Part shown: in pieces, positions 28,539 through 48,204 of the stretch
Layout: the number at the start of each line of letters is the position of its first letter
Numbering within the stretch: the first letter of the stretch is position 1
Source of the DNA: Myxococcota bacterium
Lineage (GTDB): Bacteria; Myxococcota_A; UBA9042; PHBI01; JAWLBL01
NCBI GenBank assembly: GCA_041687695.1
Contig: JAWLBL010000028.1
Coordinates: 32,001-96,000, forward strand
DNA: 64,000 nucleotides
Direction: 5' to 3'
The notes under the pieces: model-generated
What the model was told of the DNA's origin: nothing
Databases searched by the model: none
The model's input: only the letters and a program-made list of their open reading frames with translations
Made by a program: the position numbers and the translations under genes

Positions 28539-30158
28539 TCAACGGCGGCGGTAGACGTCGAAGGTGCCGACGGCCGGCCGCGGCTCGTACGCGCGGAAGA
28601 GGGCCTCGAAGCGAGGGTCGGTCAGGAAGTAGTCGAGGTAGTCGAAGCGGGTCGCGCCGAAGCCCTGCTTGTGGGGGGCGCGGTGGTTCAGGATGAGGCG
28701 CGGCCGGTCGCGGGTGAGGTCCGCGACGACGGCGTCGACGAAGGCGCGCTCGGTGGGGCCGCGGTCGGCGAGGGGGCGGTAGGGGAAGGGGCGCGCGTCG
28801 GCCGGCGCGTCGGCGTACAAGCCCGGCGCCGGCCACAGGCAGCTGAAGCGCGAGGCCGAGCGGACGCCGGCCAGGTTGATGGCCGGGTAGGCCGGCGGGA
28901 CGGAGGAGGACATGACGAAGACGGCCTCGCCGGGGGCTTCGGCGCGAAACAGCTGGGCCAGGCGGGCGGCGGCCGTGGCCTGCGCGGGGCGGGCGGCGTA
29001 TCCGGCGGCGGAGACGGCGCCCAGGGCGGCGGCCACGACGAGCAGCAGGGCGGGGCGCATGGAGGCGGGCACGCGCAAGAGCGCGTCCCAGGTCGGGCCG
29101 TCGATGCCGAGCAGGAGGATGGCGAGTAGCAGCGCCGTCAAGACGCCGGCGGGGATGAAGTGGTAGCTGAAGCCCATGCCCTGGACGTGGACGACGGCGT
29201 AGCCGGCCAGGGCCGCAAGCAGCAGGGCTCGGGCCAGCGGGGCGACGGCCGGCGGCTGGCGGACGACCAGCGCGAGGGTGCCCGCCAGGGCCAGGGCGGC
29301 CGCGGCGGCGTTCGGCCAGGGGACGCCTTCGGCGTAGGCGCCGTAGAGTGAGGCAGCGACCTGCGCGGCTTCGAGCCAGCCCGGGGTGAAGACAAGGACC
29401 GCTGCGACGTACAGGGCGCCGGCGGCGGCGATGATCTGGTTGTCGCGCCGCGCGAGGGCGCCGCGCAGACCGTGGCGCGGGCCCGCGGGGGACGCCGCCA
29501 GCCAGGCTTCGGCCAGCAGCCAGACCAGGGCATAGAAGGGTTTGAGCGCGATGGCCACGGCGGCGGCGAAGGCGAGGGCGGCGCGGGCGCGGGGGGCTGG
29601 GGAGCGCCCGGTGGCGGTCAGGCCGACGGCGGTGACGTAGGGGACGAGGAGGGCGGCGACCAGGTGGTCGCGTTGGCCGAAGCTGGCCTGGGGGAGGACG
29701 AGCAAGGCGGTGAGCGCGGCGCCCGTGGCGGCCATGGCGGGGGCCCGGCGCCAGGTGCCCGCGCCCGTCAGCAGGCGGTAGAGGGCGAAGGCGACGCCGG
29801 CGCACAGGGCGAGGGTCACGGCGTCCCAGGCCACCAGCGGCGGGACGCCCAGCGCGCGGGCGAGCCCGACCACCGGCACCGACAGCCAGTAGATGAGGGG
29901 CGGGTTGTTGTCGAAGACGTGGCGCGGGATGGACCCGCCGTCCAGCAGGCGGCCGGCGGCCTCGAGGGTCCAGCCCACGTCGTGGTTGAAGACCCCCATC
30001 GCGGCCCTGGTGACTACCGAAGCGACCGCGGCCAGCGCTGCGACCACCAGCAGCCCCGCCTCGAGCCTGGCGCGGGCCTCGGTCCGGGCGGGGGACGGCG
30101 GGGACGGGGGGCCTTCGGGCATCGGGGCGCTCGCTCGCAACGCCTCGGACCGTACCAC
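28539..30158 (-). CDS. Multi-pass membrane protein, GT-C glycosyltransferase-like
   Basis: NHDVGW...LLDG...DNNPPLIYW loop after TM1, FGQRDH, IALKP, many TM helices; start 30158 or 30122. Confidence 0.7.
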   Translation of the reverse strand: MVRSEALRASAPMPEGPPSPPSPARTEARARLEAGLLVVAALAAVASVVTRAAMGVFNHDVGWTLEAAGRLLDGGSIPRHVFDNNPPLIYWLSVPVVGLARALGVPPLVAWDAVTLALCAGVAFALYRLLTGAGTWRRAPAMAATGAALTALLVLPQASFGQRDHLVAALLVPYVTAVGLTATGRSPAPRARAALAFAAAVAIALKPFYALVWLLAEAWLAASPAGPRHGLRGALARRDNQIIAAAGALYVAAVLVFTPGWLEAAQVAASLYGAYAEGVPWPNAAAAALALAGTLALVVRQPPAVAPLARALLLAALAGYAVVHVQGMGFSYHFIPAGVLTALLLAILLLGIDGPTWDALLRVPASMRPALLLVVAAALGAVSAAGYAARPAQATAAARLAQLFRAEAPGEAVFVMSSSVPPAYPAINLAGVRSASRFSCLWPAPGLYADAPADARPFPYRPLADRGPTERAFVDAVVADLTRDRPRLILNHRAPHKQGFGATRFDYLDYFLTDPRFEALFRAYEPRPAVGTFDVYRRR

Positions 30159-30227
30159 GCCCCCCAGCCGCCGTCGACGCGCTCCCGCGGGTGGCCAGGA
30201 CTAGCCGCTGGGACCGCCGGCTTCCAG

Positions 30228-30399
30228 AGGGCGTCGCAGAAGGCCAACCGGAGTGCTCCACCTTGGTGGAGCCCCCATCCGGCGCAGCTTGCTGCGCCGG
30301 ATTTGGTGGGAGGATCCCGGCGGCAAGCCGCCGGGGCCGGGGCTCCAGCAAGCTGGAGCACTCCAAGACAGCCTCTTCCGGCATCCCGTACGACACCCT
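30228..30399. mobile_element. 172-bp MITE-like element with 5-bp target-site duplication inserted in a palindromic repeat
   Basis: TCCAG at 30223-30227 and 30400-30404; ends AGGGCGTCGCA vs (reverse complement) AGGGTGTCGTA, 9/11 identical. Removing the element restores CTGGGACC-GCCGGCT-TCC-AGCCGGC. Confidence 0.75.
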
Positions 30400-30400
30400 T

Positions 30401-30518
30401 CCAGCCGGCTCGAATCTCCGCCCGACCCAGCACCTGCCCCCCTGGGATCGCCGGCTTCCAGTCGGCCCGAATCTCCGCCCGTCCCAGCACCGGCCTCCCT
30501 GGGATCGCCGGCTTCCAG
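30401..30518. repeat. 57-bp tandem repeat (2 units) carrying a CTGGGA-Y-CGCCGGCTTCCAGYCGGC REP-like hairpin
   Basis: Units 30401-30457 and 30458-30514 are near-identical (CGAATCTCCGCCCG..CCCAGCACC..CCTGGGATCGCCGGCTT); a further copy of the hairpin half lies at 30208-30227. Confidence 0.85.
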
Positions 30519-30680
30519 AGGCTGTCGCAGAGTGTTGTTCCCGCGGGCCGCAGGCCCGCTATGGACCGCGCCGGTCATGCCGGTGCTATGGACCGCGCCA
30601 GCCAAGCCGACCTTGCACCCGAACGCGGCCTGGTCGAGACTGCCTCGCGTCACCCATGGACCGGCCGGACGGAGGCCCAG

Positions 30681-31217
30681 ATGATTCGCGCGTTACAGGC
30701 TCTCTCATTGGCGCTGGCGCTCCTGGCGCCGGCTGCCCTCTCAGCGTCCCCCACCCAGCCCCCCTCGTCCGGCGTCGTCGTCAAGGATCTGAAGGTGGAC
30801 CGCCTGCCCGACGTGCTGGGCACCGCCCGCGGCGAGGTGCAGGTCATCCTGCTGTACCGCACCAACTGCCCGGCGTGCCAGCACGTGCTGCCCTGGTTCG
30901 TGGACTTCGTCTCAAAGGCCCAGAAGGCGGGCTCGAGCGTCCGCTTCTTCGCCTTCGCGACCGACAAGACCGCCCGGGCGGTCGAAGAGTACTTCGGCGT
31001 CTACGCGATGCCCTTCGAGGTCTGGCGCCTCATCCCCTGGGCCCCCGGCGAGCTGGTCGAAGCCTTCCGCCAGGCCGGCGTCACTTTTCCCAGTCAATAT
31101 GGCGTCCCCTACTTCATCGTGCGCCAACCCAGCGGCCGCGTCGTCGACCAATTTGCCGACTCGGACGACAAGCTAAAGCGCCTGCGAGCCGCGCTGGAGC
31201 GGGCGCAGGGCCGCTAG
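30681..31217 (+). CDS. Secreted thioredoxin-like (TlpA-like) protein
   Basis: GGAGG RBS, signal peptide, CPAC motif, cis-Pro-like GVPYF. Confidence 0.75.
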   Translation: MIRALQALSLALALLAPAALSASPTQPPSSGVVVKDLKVDRLPDVLGTARGEVQVILLYRTNCPACQHVLPWFVDFVSKAQKAGSSVRFFAFATDKTARAVEEYFGVYAMPFEVWRLIPWAPGELVEAFRQAGVTFPSQYGVPYFIVRQPSGRVVDQFADSDDKLKRLRAALERAQGR

Positions 31218-31317
31218 GCAGCCTCCTGTGTCACTTAGGAGGTAGTTTCCCGTCGGCCGCGAGCATGAGCGCGGGAGGGGGCAAGCCCAGACAAACACTG
31301 GAACCCCGCGACCGCGT

Positions 31318-31381
31318 CAGAAATCGTACCAAGGGTCGGGTTTCGGGACACCAGAAATCGCACCAAGGGTCGGGTTTCGGG
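31318..31381. repeat. 30-bp direct repeat, 2 copies (34-bp period)
   Basis: CAGAAATCGYACCAAGGGTCGGGTTTCGGG at 31318-31347 and 31352-31381, 29/30 identical. Confidence 0.85.
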
Positions 31382-31567
31382 GGCAGGTCGGGTTGGGGGG
31401 TGGCAGGGGCGAAATCGGGGGTCGGGGGGCGGTGAACGGGCTGGTTTTGGCGTGGGAAGGCGCCGGCGAAACCTCAGGGGCCGCGTCCGTAAGAGTCAAC
31501 TTGTTCCCTGTACACGCTCACCAAGAAGCGTAGCAGCCTGAACAGGGCGGCTGGTGTGGCGCGTGGC

Positions 31568-32533
31568 TCAGGTGGGTGCTTGGGCGAGGTCGGCGAGGCC
31601 CTGTTCGAGCCTGACCTGGGGGGCGTAGCCGAGCTCGCGGCGGGCCTTGGTGATGTCGAGGGTGACCTCGCGGCTCATCATGCCGGCGGCGAAGCGGGTC
31701 AGGGGTGGGGCGCCGGGTCTGCGGAAGAGGCGCCACCAGGTCTCGGCGAGGGCGGCTGCGGGGCGGGCGAGCCAGCCGGGGACGGCGCGGTCGCCAGGGT
31801 CGACGCCGCGGGTGCGGAGCAGAGCCGTGAGGAAGTCGCGGTAGGTCAGGTCAGCGTCGTCGGTGACGAAGTAGGCCTGGCCAGGGTGTCCGGCGGTCAG
31901 GGCCAGCTCGAGGGCGTGGACGACGTTGTCGACGTGGGCCGTCGAGGTGAGGTGGCGGCCGCCGTCGATCCAGGCGAAGGAGCCGGCTCGGACCATTTGG
32001 ACGAGGGCGGGGAGCACGGTGGTGTCGCCGGGGCCCCAGACCAGACGCGGGCGGATGACCAGGGTCTCGAAGCCGGGCGCGGCGGCGGCCAGTACGCGCC
32101 GTTCCGCCTCGGCCTTGGTCTCGGAGTACAGATAGGCGTGGCGGGCGGGCAAGGGCAGGGACTCGTCGATGCGCACGAGGTGACCGCCGGTGAAGACGGC
32201 CGCCTCGGTGCCGACGTGAACGAAGCGGCGGACGCCAGCGTCGCGCGCGGCGTCGAGCAGGCGCTGGGTGCCCAGCACATTGGCGCGCCAGAAGGCCTGG
32301 CGAGGGCCGTAGTCGGCCGCCAGGGCCGCCGCGTGAACCACCGCTTCGACGCCTCGCAGGGGCGCCGCGGACACGTCGGCCAGATCGCAGCGCACGGGGC
32401 GGGCGCCCAAGGCCTCGACCCGGGCCGCGGCCGTGTCCGAGCGCGCCATGGCGACGAGGTCGTGCCGCGAGGACAGCCGCTCGATGAGCCGTCCCCCGAT
32501 GAAGCCGGAGCCGCCCGTGACGAAGATTCGCAT
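31568..32533 (-). CDS. NAD-dependent epimerase/dehydratase (3-beta-HSD-like extended SDR)
   Basis: VTGGSGFIG, HAAA, NVLGT, YSETK (YxxxK), IRPRLVWGPGD. Confidence 0.92.
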   Translation of the reverse strand: MRIFVTGGSGFIGGRLIERLSSRHDLVAMARSDTAAARVEALGARPVRCDLADVSAAPLRGVEAVVHAAALAADYGPRQAFWRANVLGTQRLLDAARDAGVRRFVHVGTEAAVFTGGHLVRIDESLPLPARHAYLYSETKAEAERRVLAAAAPGFETLVIRPRLVWGPGDTTVLPALVQMVRAGSFAWIDGGRHLTSTAHVDNVVHALELALTAGHPGQAYFVTDDADLTYRDFLTALLRTRGVDPGDRAVPGWLARPAAALAETWWRLFRRPGAPPLTRFAAGMMSREVTLDITKARRELGYAPQVRLEQGLADLAQAPT

Positions 32534-32722
32534 GCGGCGTGAGATACTCCGACTGGCTTCGAGACGCCAGCGGTCGCGGGACGGTCAGGCGAGTCGCAGC
32601 CGGCCGTGTATGAGCTACGAGGTGTGGCGCTGCAGGGGCGGCGGTCGGTGGGCGGTTGGCAAGGGCGCCGGCTCGGTGTAGGTCGGAAGGGCGGCTGACG
32701 ACACGGCCGGCGGGGAGCGGCG

Positions 32723-35083
32723 ATGGAGCTCGATCGGACGGGGCAGGAGGTCAAGGCGCTGCATGCGGCGGCGCTGTGGGCCTCGGAGCAGGTGTTCGCG
32801 CCGAGGCAGCCGGGCGAGCTGGTCTCGAAGGTCGAGGTCGAGCTGGTCGAGTACGGGCGGCTGTACACCAAGTGCGAGCGGCGCGAGCCGGTGTGGCGGG
32901 CCGAGCCGTACCGGGGGCGCAAGGCGCTGAGCGAGCCGACGCTGCGCGAGCAGGACATCAGGCCGTGGGAGCAGGACGAGGCGGAGATCGAGCGGGGCAC
33001 GCGGCACGTGGCTCTGTGCGGCGGTTGCTCGGGGGACCGGCGGGTGGACTGCCGGCGGTGCGACGGGGCGGGCCGCCTGGGGTGCGGCGTCTGCCGGGGG
33101 ACCGGGACGCGGCCGGCCGCCAGGGGCAACCGCATGGTCCAGTGCCAGGGCTGCCGCGGGGCGACGACCGTGGACTGCCCCGCTTGCGTGGGCGGACGGG
33201 TCGAGTGTGAGCGGTGTGAGGGCGCGGGGCGTCACGAGCGCTGGGCCGAGGTGACCTACTCGGTCTACGAGGCCGTCGAGCCGGTGCCGCCGAGCCGGTA
33301 CGGGTCGGGGCACCCCGGGTTCGAGGCGCGCGAACCCGTGGCCAGGGACTGGGAAGGGGCGACCCGGACCGGGCTGGTCGAGGCGCGGGGCCTGCTGAGT
33401 GAGGCGCAGGTGATGAGCGTCGTGCCCGACGTCGAGTGGCTGGAGGTCAAGCGGGTCGCCGACCGGGGGCGGCACCCGCGGTTCGACCGGGTGGTCCACC
33501 AGACGCTGACGACCTACGGCGCGCCGGTCGGGCGGGTCGAGTTCGATTTTTCGGGGACGGTCGGGCACGTGACCCTGGTCGGGTGGGAGCCGCGGCCGAC
33601 CGCCGACTGGGACGACGCGCCGTTTCGCAGCCGGCGCAAGTGGGTGAAGGCGGCGGCCTGGACGGCGGGCGTGGCCTGGGCGGTCGGCAGCCTGTGGTAC
33701 GGGCTGCGCGACCCGTTCTATCGGTGGGCTCCTGCGGCGTGGTTCTCGGCCAGCCTGGCCGTGCTGATGGTCGGGTTGGTCGTGGGGACGGCCAGCTGGC
33801 GACGCCGGGTCTGCTCGACGCGGCGGCGCAACCCGTTCGGTCCCGGTGACGCGGTGGGGCCGGCGTTGGGGCTGCTGGGAGGGCTGGTGCTGGCGGGCGT
33901 GCTGGTCGTGGCGCGGCCCTCGGCGGGCGCGGCGCTGGACGGTCTCGAGGCGGGGGACCTGACGGCGGCGCGGACCCACGTGGAGGCGCTGGTGCGGCGC
34001 GGCGACCGCGGCGGCGAGGTCGACGAGGCCGTCGCGCGCCTGGCGCTGGCCGAGGCCAAGGAGCTGGACAACCGGCAGGCTGTGGCGCGCCTCGAGCGCG
34101 ACGTGGCCGCGATGGCCGACCCGGCGCCGCTGCGCGCCGAGCTGGAGCGGCTACGGGTCGCATGGTTCGAGCGGGCCATGGAGCGCGGCGAGGTGGACGA
34201 GGCTGGCCGCGAGCTGGCGGCGCTGACGGCCGACCATGACGATCTGACGGGGCTGGACAAGCTGAGGAGCCGGCTGACGGCCAAGCGCCTGGCGATGGCG
34301 GCGGCGCAGCTGGACGCGCGCGACCCGGACGCGGCGCTGGCGCTGGTGGACGGGCTGGCCGAGGGCGACGCGCGGGCGCGCGAGGTGACCGTGCAGGCGC
34401 ATCAGGTCGCGGCCGTGGCGTGCGGCGCGGACGTGGCCTGCGCGGCGCGGGCGCTGGAGCGGGCCATCGAGGTGGACCCGAGCGTGGGCTCGGCCGAGCG
34501 GCTCGACGCGCTGATGAAGGCGCAGGTCGCGGCGGCCGGCGCGTGGCGGGCGGTCGAGGGCGAGCCGCGCGAGCAGCTGGCGGCGATCCGGGCGGCCGAG
34601 GCGCGTTATCGCGAGCTGGAGGGGATCTTCGGGGCGCGGCTGGATCTGGCGGCGCAGCGGGAGGCGATCGCGGCGCGGCGAGGGACCCTGCTGGCAGGGA
34701 AGCGGGCGCTGGGCGAGGACGCGCTGGTCGCCGAGGAGGCGCTGCGGTGGGCGAAAGCCGGGACGGTGCGGCGCGACGGTGAGCACCTGGTCGTCGAGAG
34801 GATCCCCGACGCGCTGGGGGTGCGGGTGCATCTGGCGACCGAGGGCGGCGTGGTGGTGGGTGCGCTGATCGTGCGCGAGCAGCGGGACTCGGTCGGACTG
34901 GCCGAGGCCGGGGTCCAGGCGGCCATGGAGCGGCTGGTCGGGGCGAAGCTCCCGGCGCGGGCGTTCCGGGCGCCCGGCAAGGGCATCCGGCACGTCAAGA
35001 GCCGCGTGGGGCGGCTGCCGGCGCTGTTCGGGTGGGAGGACGGCAGCCTGGTCGAGGTCATCGTCGGGGAGGTCACGCCATGA
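32723..35083 (+). CDS. Membrane protein with DnaJ-type CxxCxGxG zinc-finger repeats and helical extracytoplasmic region
   Basis: Six CxxC motifs (CGGCSG, CRRCDGAG, CGVCRGTG, CQGCRG, CPACVGG, CERCEGAG), three TM helices, Ala-rich helical C-terminus. Confidence 0.8.
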   Translation: MELDRTGQEVKALHAAALWASEQVFAPRQPGELVSKVEVELVEYGRLYTKCERREPVWRAEPYRGRKALSEPTLREQDIRPWEQDEAEIERGTRHVALCGGCSGDRRVDCRRCDGAGRLGCGVCRGTGTRPAARGNRMVQCQGCRGATTVDCPACVGGRVECERCEGAGRHERWAEVTYSVYEAVEPVPPSRYGSGHPGFEAREPVARDWEGATRTGLVEARGLLSEAQVMSVVPDVEWLEVKRVADRGRHPRFDRVVHQTLTTYGAPVGRVEFDFSGTVGHVTLVGWEPRPTADWDDAPFRSRRKWVKAAAWTAGVAWAVGSLWYGLRDPFYRWAPAAWFSASLAVLMVGLVVGTASWRRRVCSTRRRNPFGPGDAVGPALGLLGGLVLAGVLVVARPSAGAALDGLEAGDLTAARTHVEALVRRGDRGGEVDEAVARLALAEAKELDNRQAVARLERDVAAMADPAPLRAELERLRVAWFERAMERGEVDEAGRELAALTADHDDLTGLDKLRSRLTAKRLAMAAAQLDARDPDAALALVDGLAEGDARAREVTVQAHQVAAVACGADVACAARALERAIEVDPSVGSAERLDALMKAQVAAAGAWRAVEGEPREQLAAIRAAEARYRELEGIFGARLDLAAQREAIAARRGTLLAGKRALGEDALVAEEALRWAKAGTVRRDGEHLVVERIPDALGVRVHLATEGGVVVGALIVREQRDSVGLAEAGVQAAMERLVGAKLPARAFRAPGKGIRHVKSRVGRLPALFGWEDGSLVEVIVGEVTP

Positions 35084-35472
35084 GGCGGTGGGCGGTGGCG
35101 TGGGTGGCGCTGGGGTTGGTGTGGACGACGAGGCCGGCCGAGGTGCACGCCGTGCGCATAGCGGCGGCGCCGTGCCTCGGATGCGATACGGCGTCAGCGG
35201 CCGACGGGGCCGCGGCCGGCGACGAGGGGCGCGCGGCGGCCAGCGAGCGGGTCGAGGCGAGGGCGGGCTGCAAGGGCAAGCTGCGGGTGACCACGGTGCC
35301 GCGGGCGCGTGTCGCGGTCGGAGGCGTCGGCCTGGGGGTGTCGCCGACCAAGGCCATCGCGCTGCCCGAGGGGCGCTACGAGGTCGAGATCACCCACCGG
35401 CTGCTGGGCAGCGTCAAGCGGCTGGTGCACGTCGCCTGCCGCGACAACCAGCATCTGCAGGTGCGGTGGTGA
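35080..35472 (+). CDS. Secreted PEGA-domain protein
   Basis: ATGA overlap with the upstream gene; signal peptide; GKLRVTTVPRARVAVGG..LGVSP..LPEGRYEVEI. Confidence 0.75.
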   Translation: MRRWAVAWVALGLVWTTRPAEVHAVRIAAAPCLGCDTASAADGAAAGDEGRAAASERVEARAGCKGKLRVTTVPRARVAVGGVGLGVSPTKAIALPEGRYEVEITHRLLGSVKRLVHVACRDNQHLQVRW

Positions 35473-35564
35473 TCGGTCGCGGCGGGTCACGCGCGCCAGC
35501 GAGACTGGCGCGTCGGTGAGCTCCGAGGCGGCGCTGGCGCGGTGAGGGCGCCAGCGCCGTCGGA

Positions 35565-46919
<11,355 letters not shown>

Positions 46920-46977
46920 GAAAAAACCTCACGGCCCAGCGCCTGCCCGCCGTGAAATTTCTCCCCCTGCCGCGAGG

Positions 46978-47006
46978 GCAATAGTCGGTGACCTCGGTCG
47001 AGTCAA
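46978..47006 (-). promoter_or_regulatory. Candidate sigma70-type promoter of the giant adhesin gene
   Basis: Minus strand TTGACT-N17-TATTGC, about 60 bp upstream of ATG 46919. Confidence 0.45.
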
Positions 47007-47195
47007 TGCCGAACCTCGGCAGCGCCCCGGCCGAGGCGCGCCGTCGAGCCAAGCCAACTCCCTGCCGCCGTTCGCGTTCTGGAGTCGTGATTCGCCTGGC
47101 GCGGGGACGCGACTGGGGGCAGTTTGGCAGGGGTCGGCCGTTGCCTCGGAGCGTGGGGAGGGGCCGGCGGGGATCGCATCGGGAGGGAGGGGACG

Positions 47196-48023
47196 ATGAG
47201 TGGGCGGTTCGTGGGGAAGGTGGTCGTCGTCACGGGGGCCTCGGCTGGGATCGGAGAGGCGGCGGCGCGGCGCTTTGCGGCCGAGGGGGCGCGGGTGGTG
47301 CTGGCGGCGCGGGGCGCCGAGCGGCTGGAGGCGGTCGCGGCGTCGATCCGCGCGGCCGGGGGCGACGCGCTGGCCGTGCGGACCGACGTGGGCGACGACG
47401 GGGCGTGCCGGGCGCTGCTCGAGCGGACCGTCGAGGCCTTCGGTGGCCTGGACGTGCTGGTGAACAACGCCGCCCTGCATCACCGTGGGCGCTTCGAGGA
47501 CAACCCCGTCGACGCGCTGGCCGACATGGTGCACGTCAACCTGCGCAGCCCGGTCCTGCTGACGCGCCTCGCCTTGCCGCTGCTGCGGGCGCGTGGGGGC
47601 GGGGCCATCGTGCAGGTCGCCTCGCTCGCGGGCTGCGTGCCGACGCCTGGGGCGGCGGTGTATTCCGCGACCAAGTTCGGCTTGCGCGCGCTCAGCTACG
47701 CCCTGGCCGAGGAGCTGCGTGGGACCGGCGTGACAATCAGCGTCGTTTCACCCGGGCCGGTCGACACCGGCTTCATCATGGACGATCTGACGCGGGTGAG
47801 CGATCTCGCCCTCTCGCAGCCCATCTCGACGGCCGACGAGGTGGCCCGCGCCGTGCTCGACTGTGCCGCCGACGGGCGCGTCGAACGCAAGCTCCCCGCC
47901 TCCTCCGGCGTCCTGACGACCGTGGGGTACCTGTCCCCGACCCTCACGCGCGCGCTGCGCCCCATGCTCGAGCGCAAGGGACGCCGCCAGAAGGCGCGTC
48001 TTCAGCGAGCGAAATCGGCCTGA
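47196..48023 (+). CDS. Short-chain dehydrogenase/reductase
   Basis: TGASAGIG, LVNNA, VASLAG, YSATK, PGPVDT. Confidence 0.93.
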   Translation: MSGRFVGKVVVVTGASAGIGEAAARRFAAEGARVVLAARGAERLEAVAASIRAAGGDALAVRTDVGDDGACRALLERTVEAFGGLDVLVNNAALHHRGRFEDNPVDALADMVHVNLRSPVLLTRLALPLLRARGGGAIVQVASLAGCVPTPGAAVYSATKFGLRALSYALAEELRGTGVTISVVSPGPVDTGFIMDDLTRVSDLALSQPISTADEVARAVLDCAADGRVERKLPASSGVLTTVGYLSPTLTRALRPMLERKGRRQKARLQRAKSA

Positions 48024-48093
48024 AATCGGACGAGCGCGCCGTGACACCCCAAGGACGCAGGTGTATGCTGGGCGGGTCCTAGGGTGGTGATCC

Positions 48094-48204
48094 ATGATGT
48101 CCGACCCGGAAGTCGCCGACAGAGCAAACGCCGTCGACGTCCCCGCGATGGGGCCGGGCGCATTCGGGTCGATGGGACACGCCGCAGGCCCCCAGCGCCC
48201 ATGA
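48094..48204 (+). CDS. Candidate 36-aa small ORF coupled to the downstream gene
   Basis: MMSDPEVADRANAVDVPAMGPGAFGSMGHAAGPQRP*; 29/36 codons end in G or C; its TGA overlaps the next ATG (ATGA 48201-48204). Confidence 0.4.
   Translation: MMSDPEVADRANAVDVPAMGPGAFGSMGHAAGPQRP

Noticed and set aside
30401..30518. Possible CRISPR array
   Set aside because: Whole 57-bp units repeat with no unique spacers, there are only about 2 units, and no cas genes are present.
31318..31381. Possible mini-CRISPR (30-bp repeats)
   Set aside because: The spacer is only 4 bp and there are only two copies.
46920..47195. c-di-GMP riboswitch upstream of the adhesin
   Set aside because: No recognisable GEMM core motifs on the minus strand.
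48084..48200. Longer start (48084) for the prenyltransferase candidate
   Set aside because: The extension is Arg-rich shadow-like sequence; the other frame (36-aa ORF) looks more coding-like and ends in an ATGA overlap.
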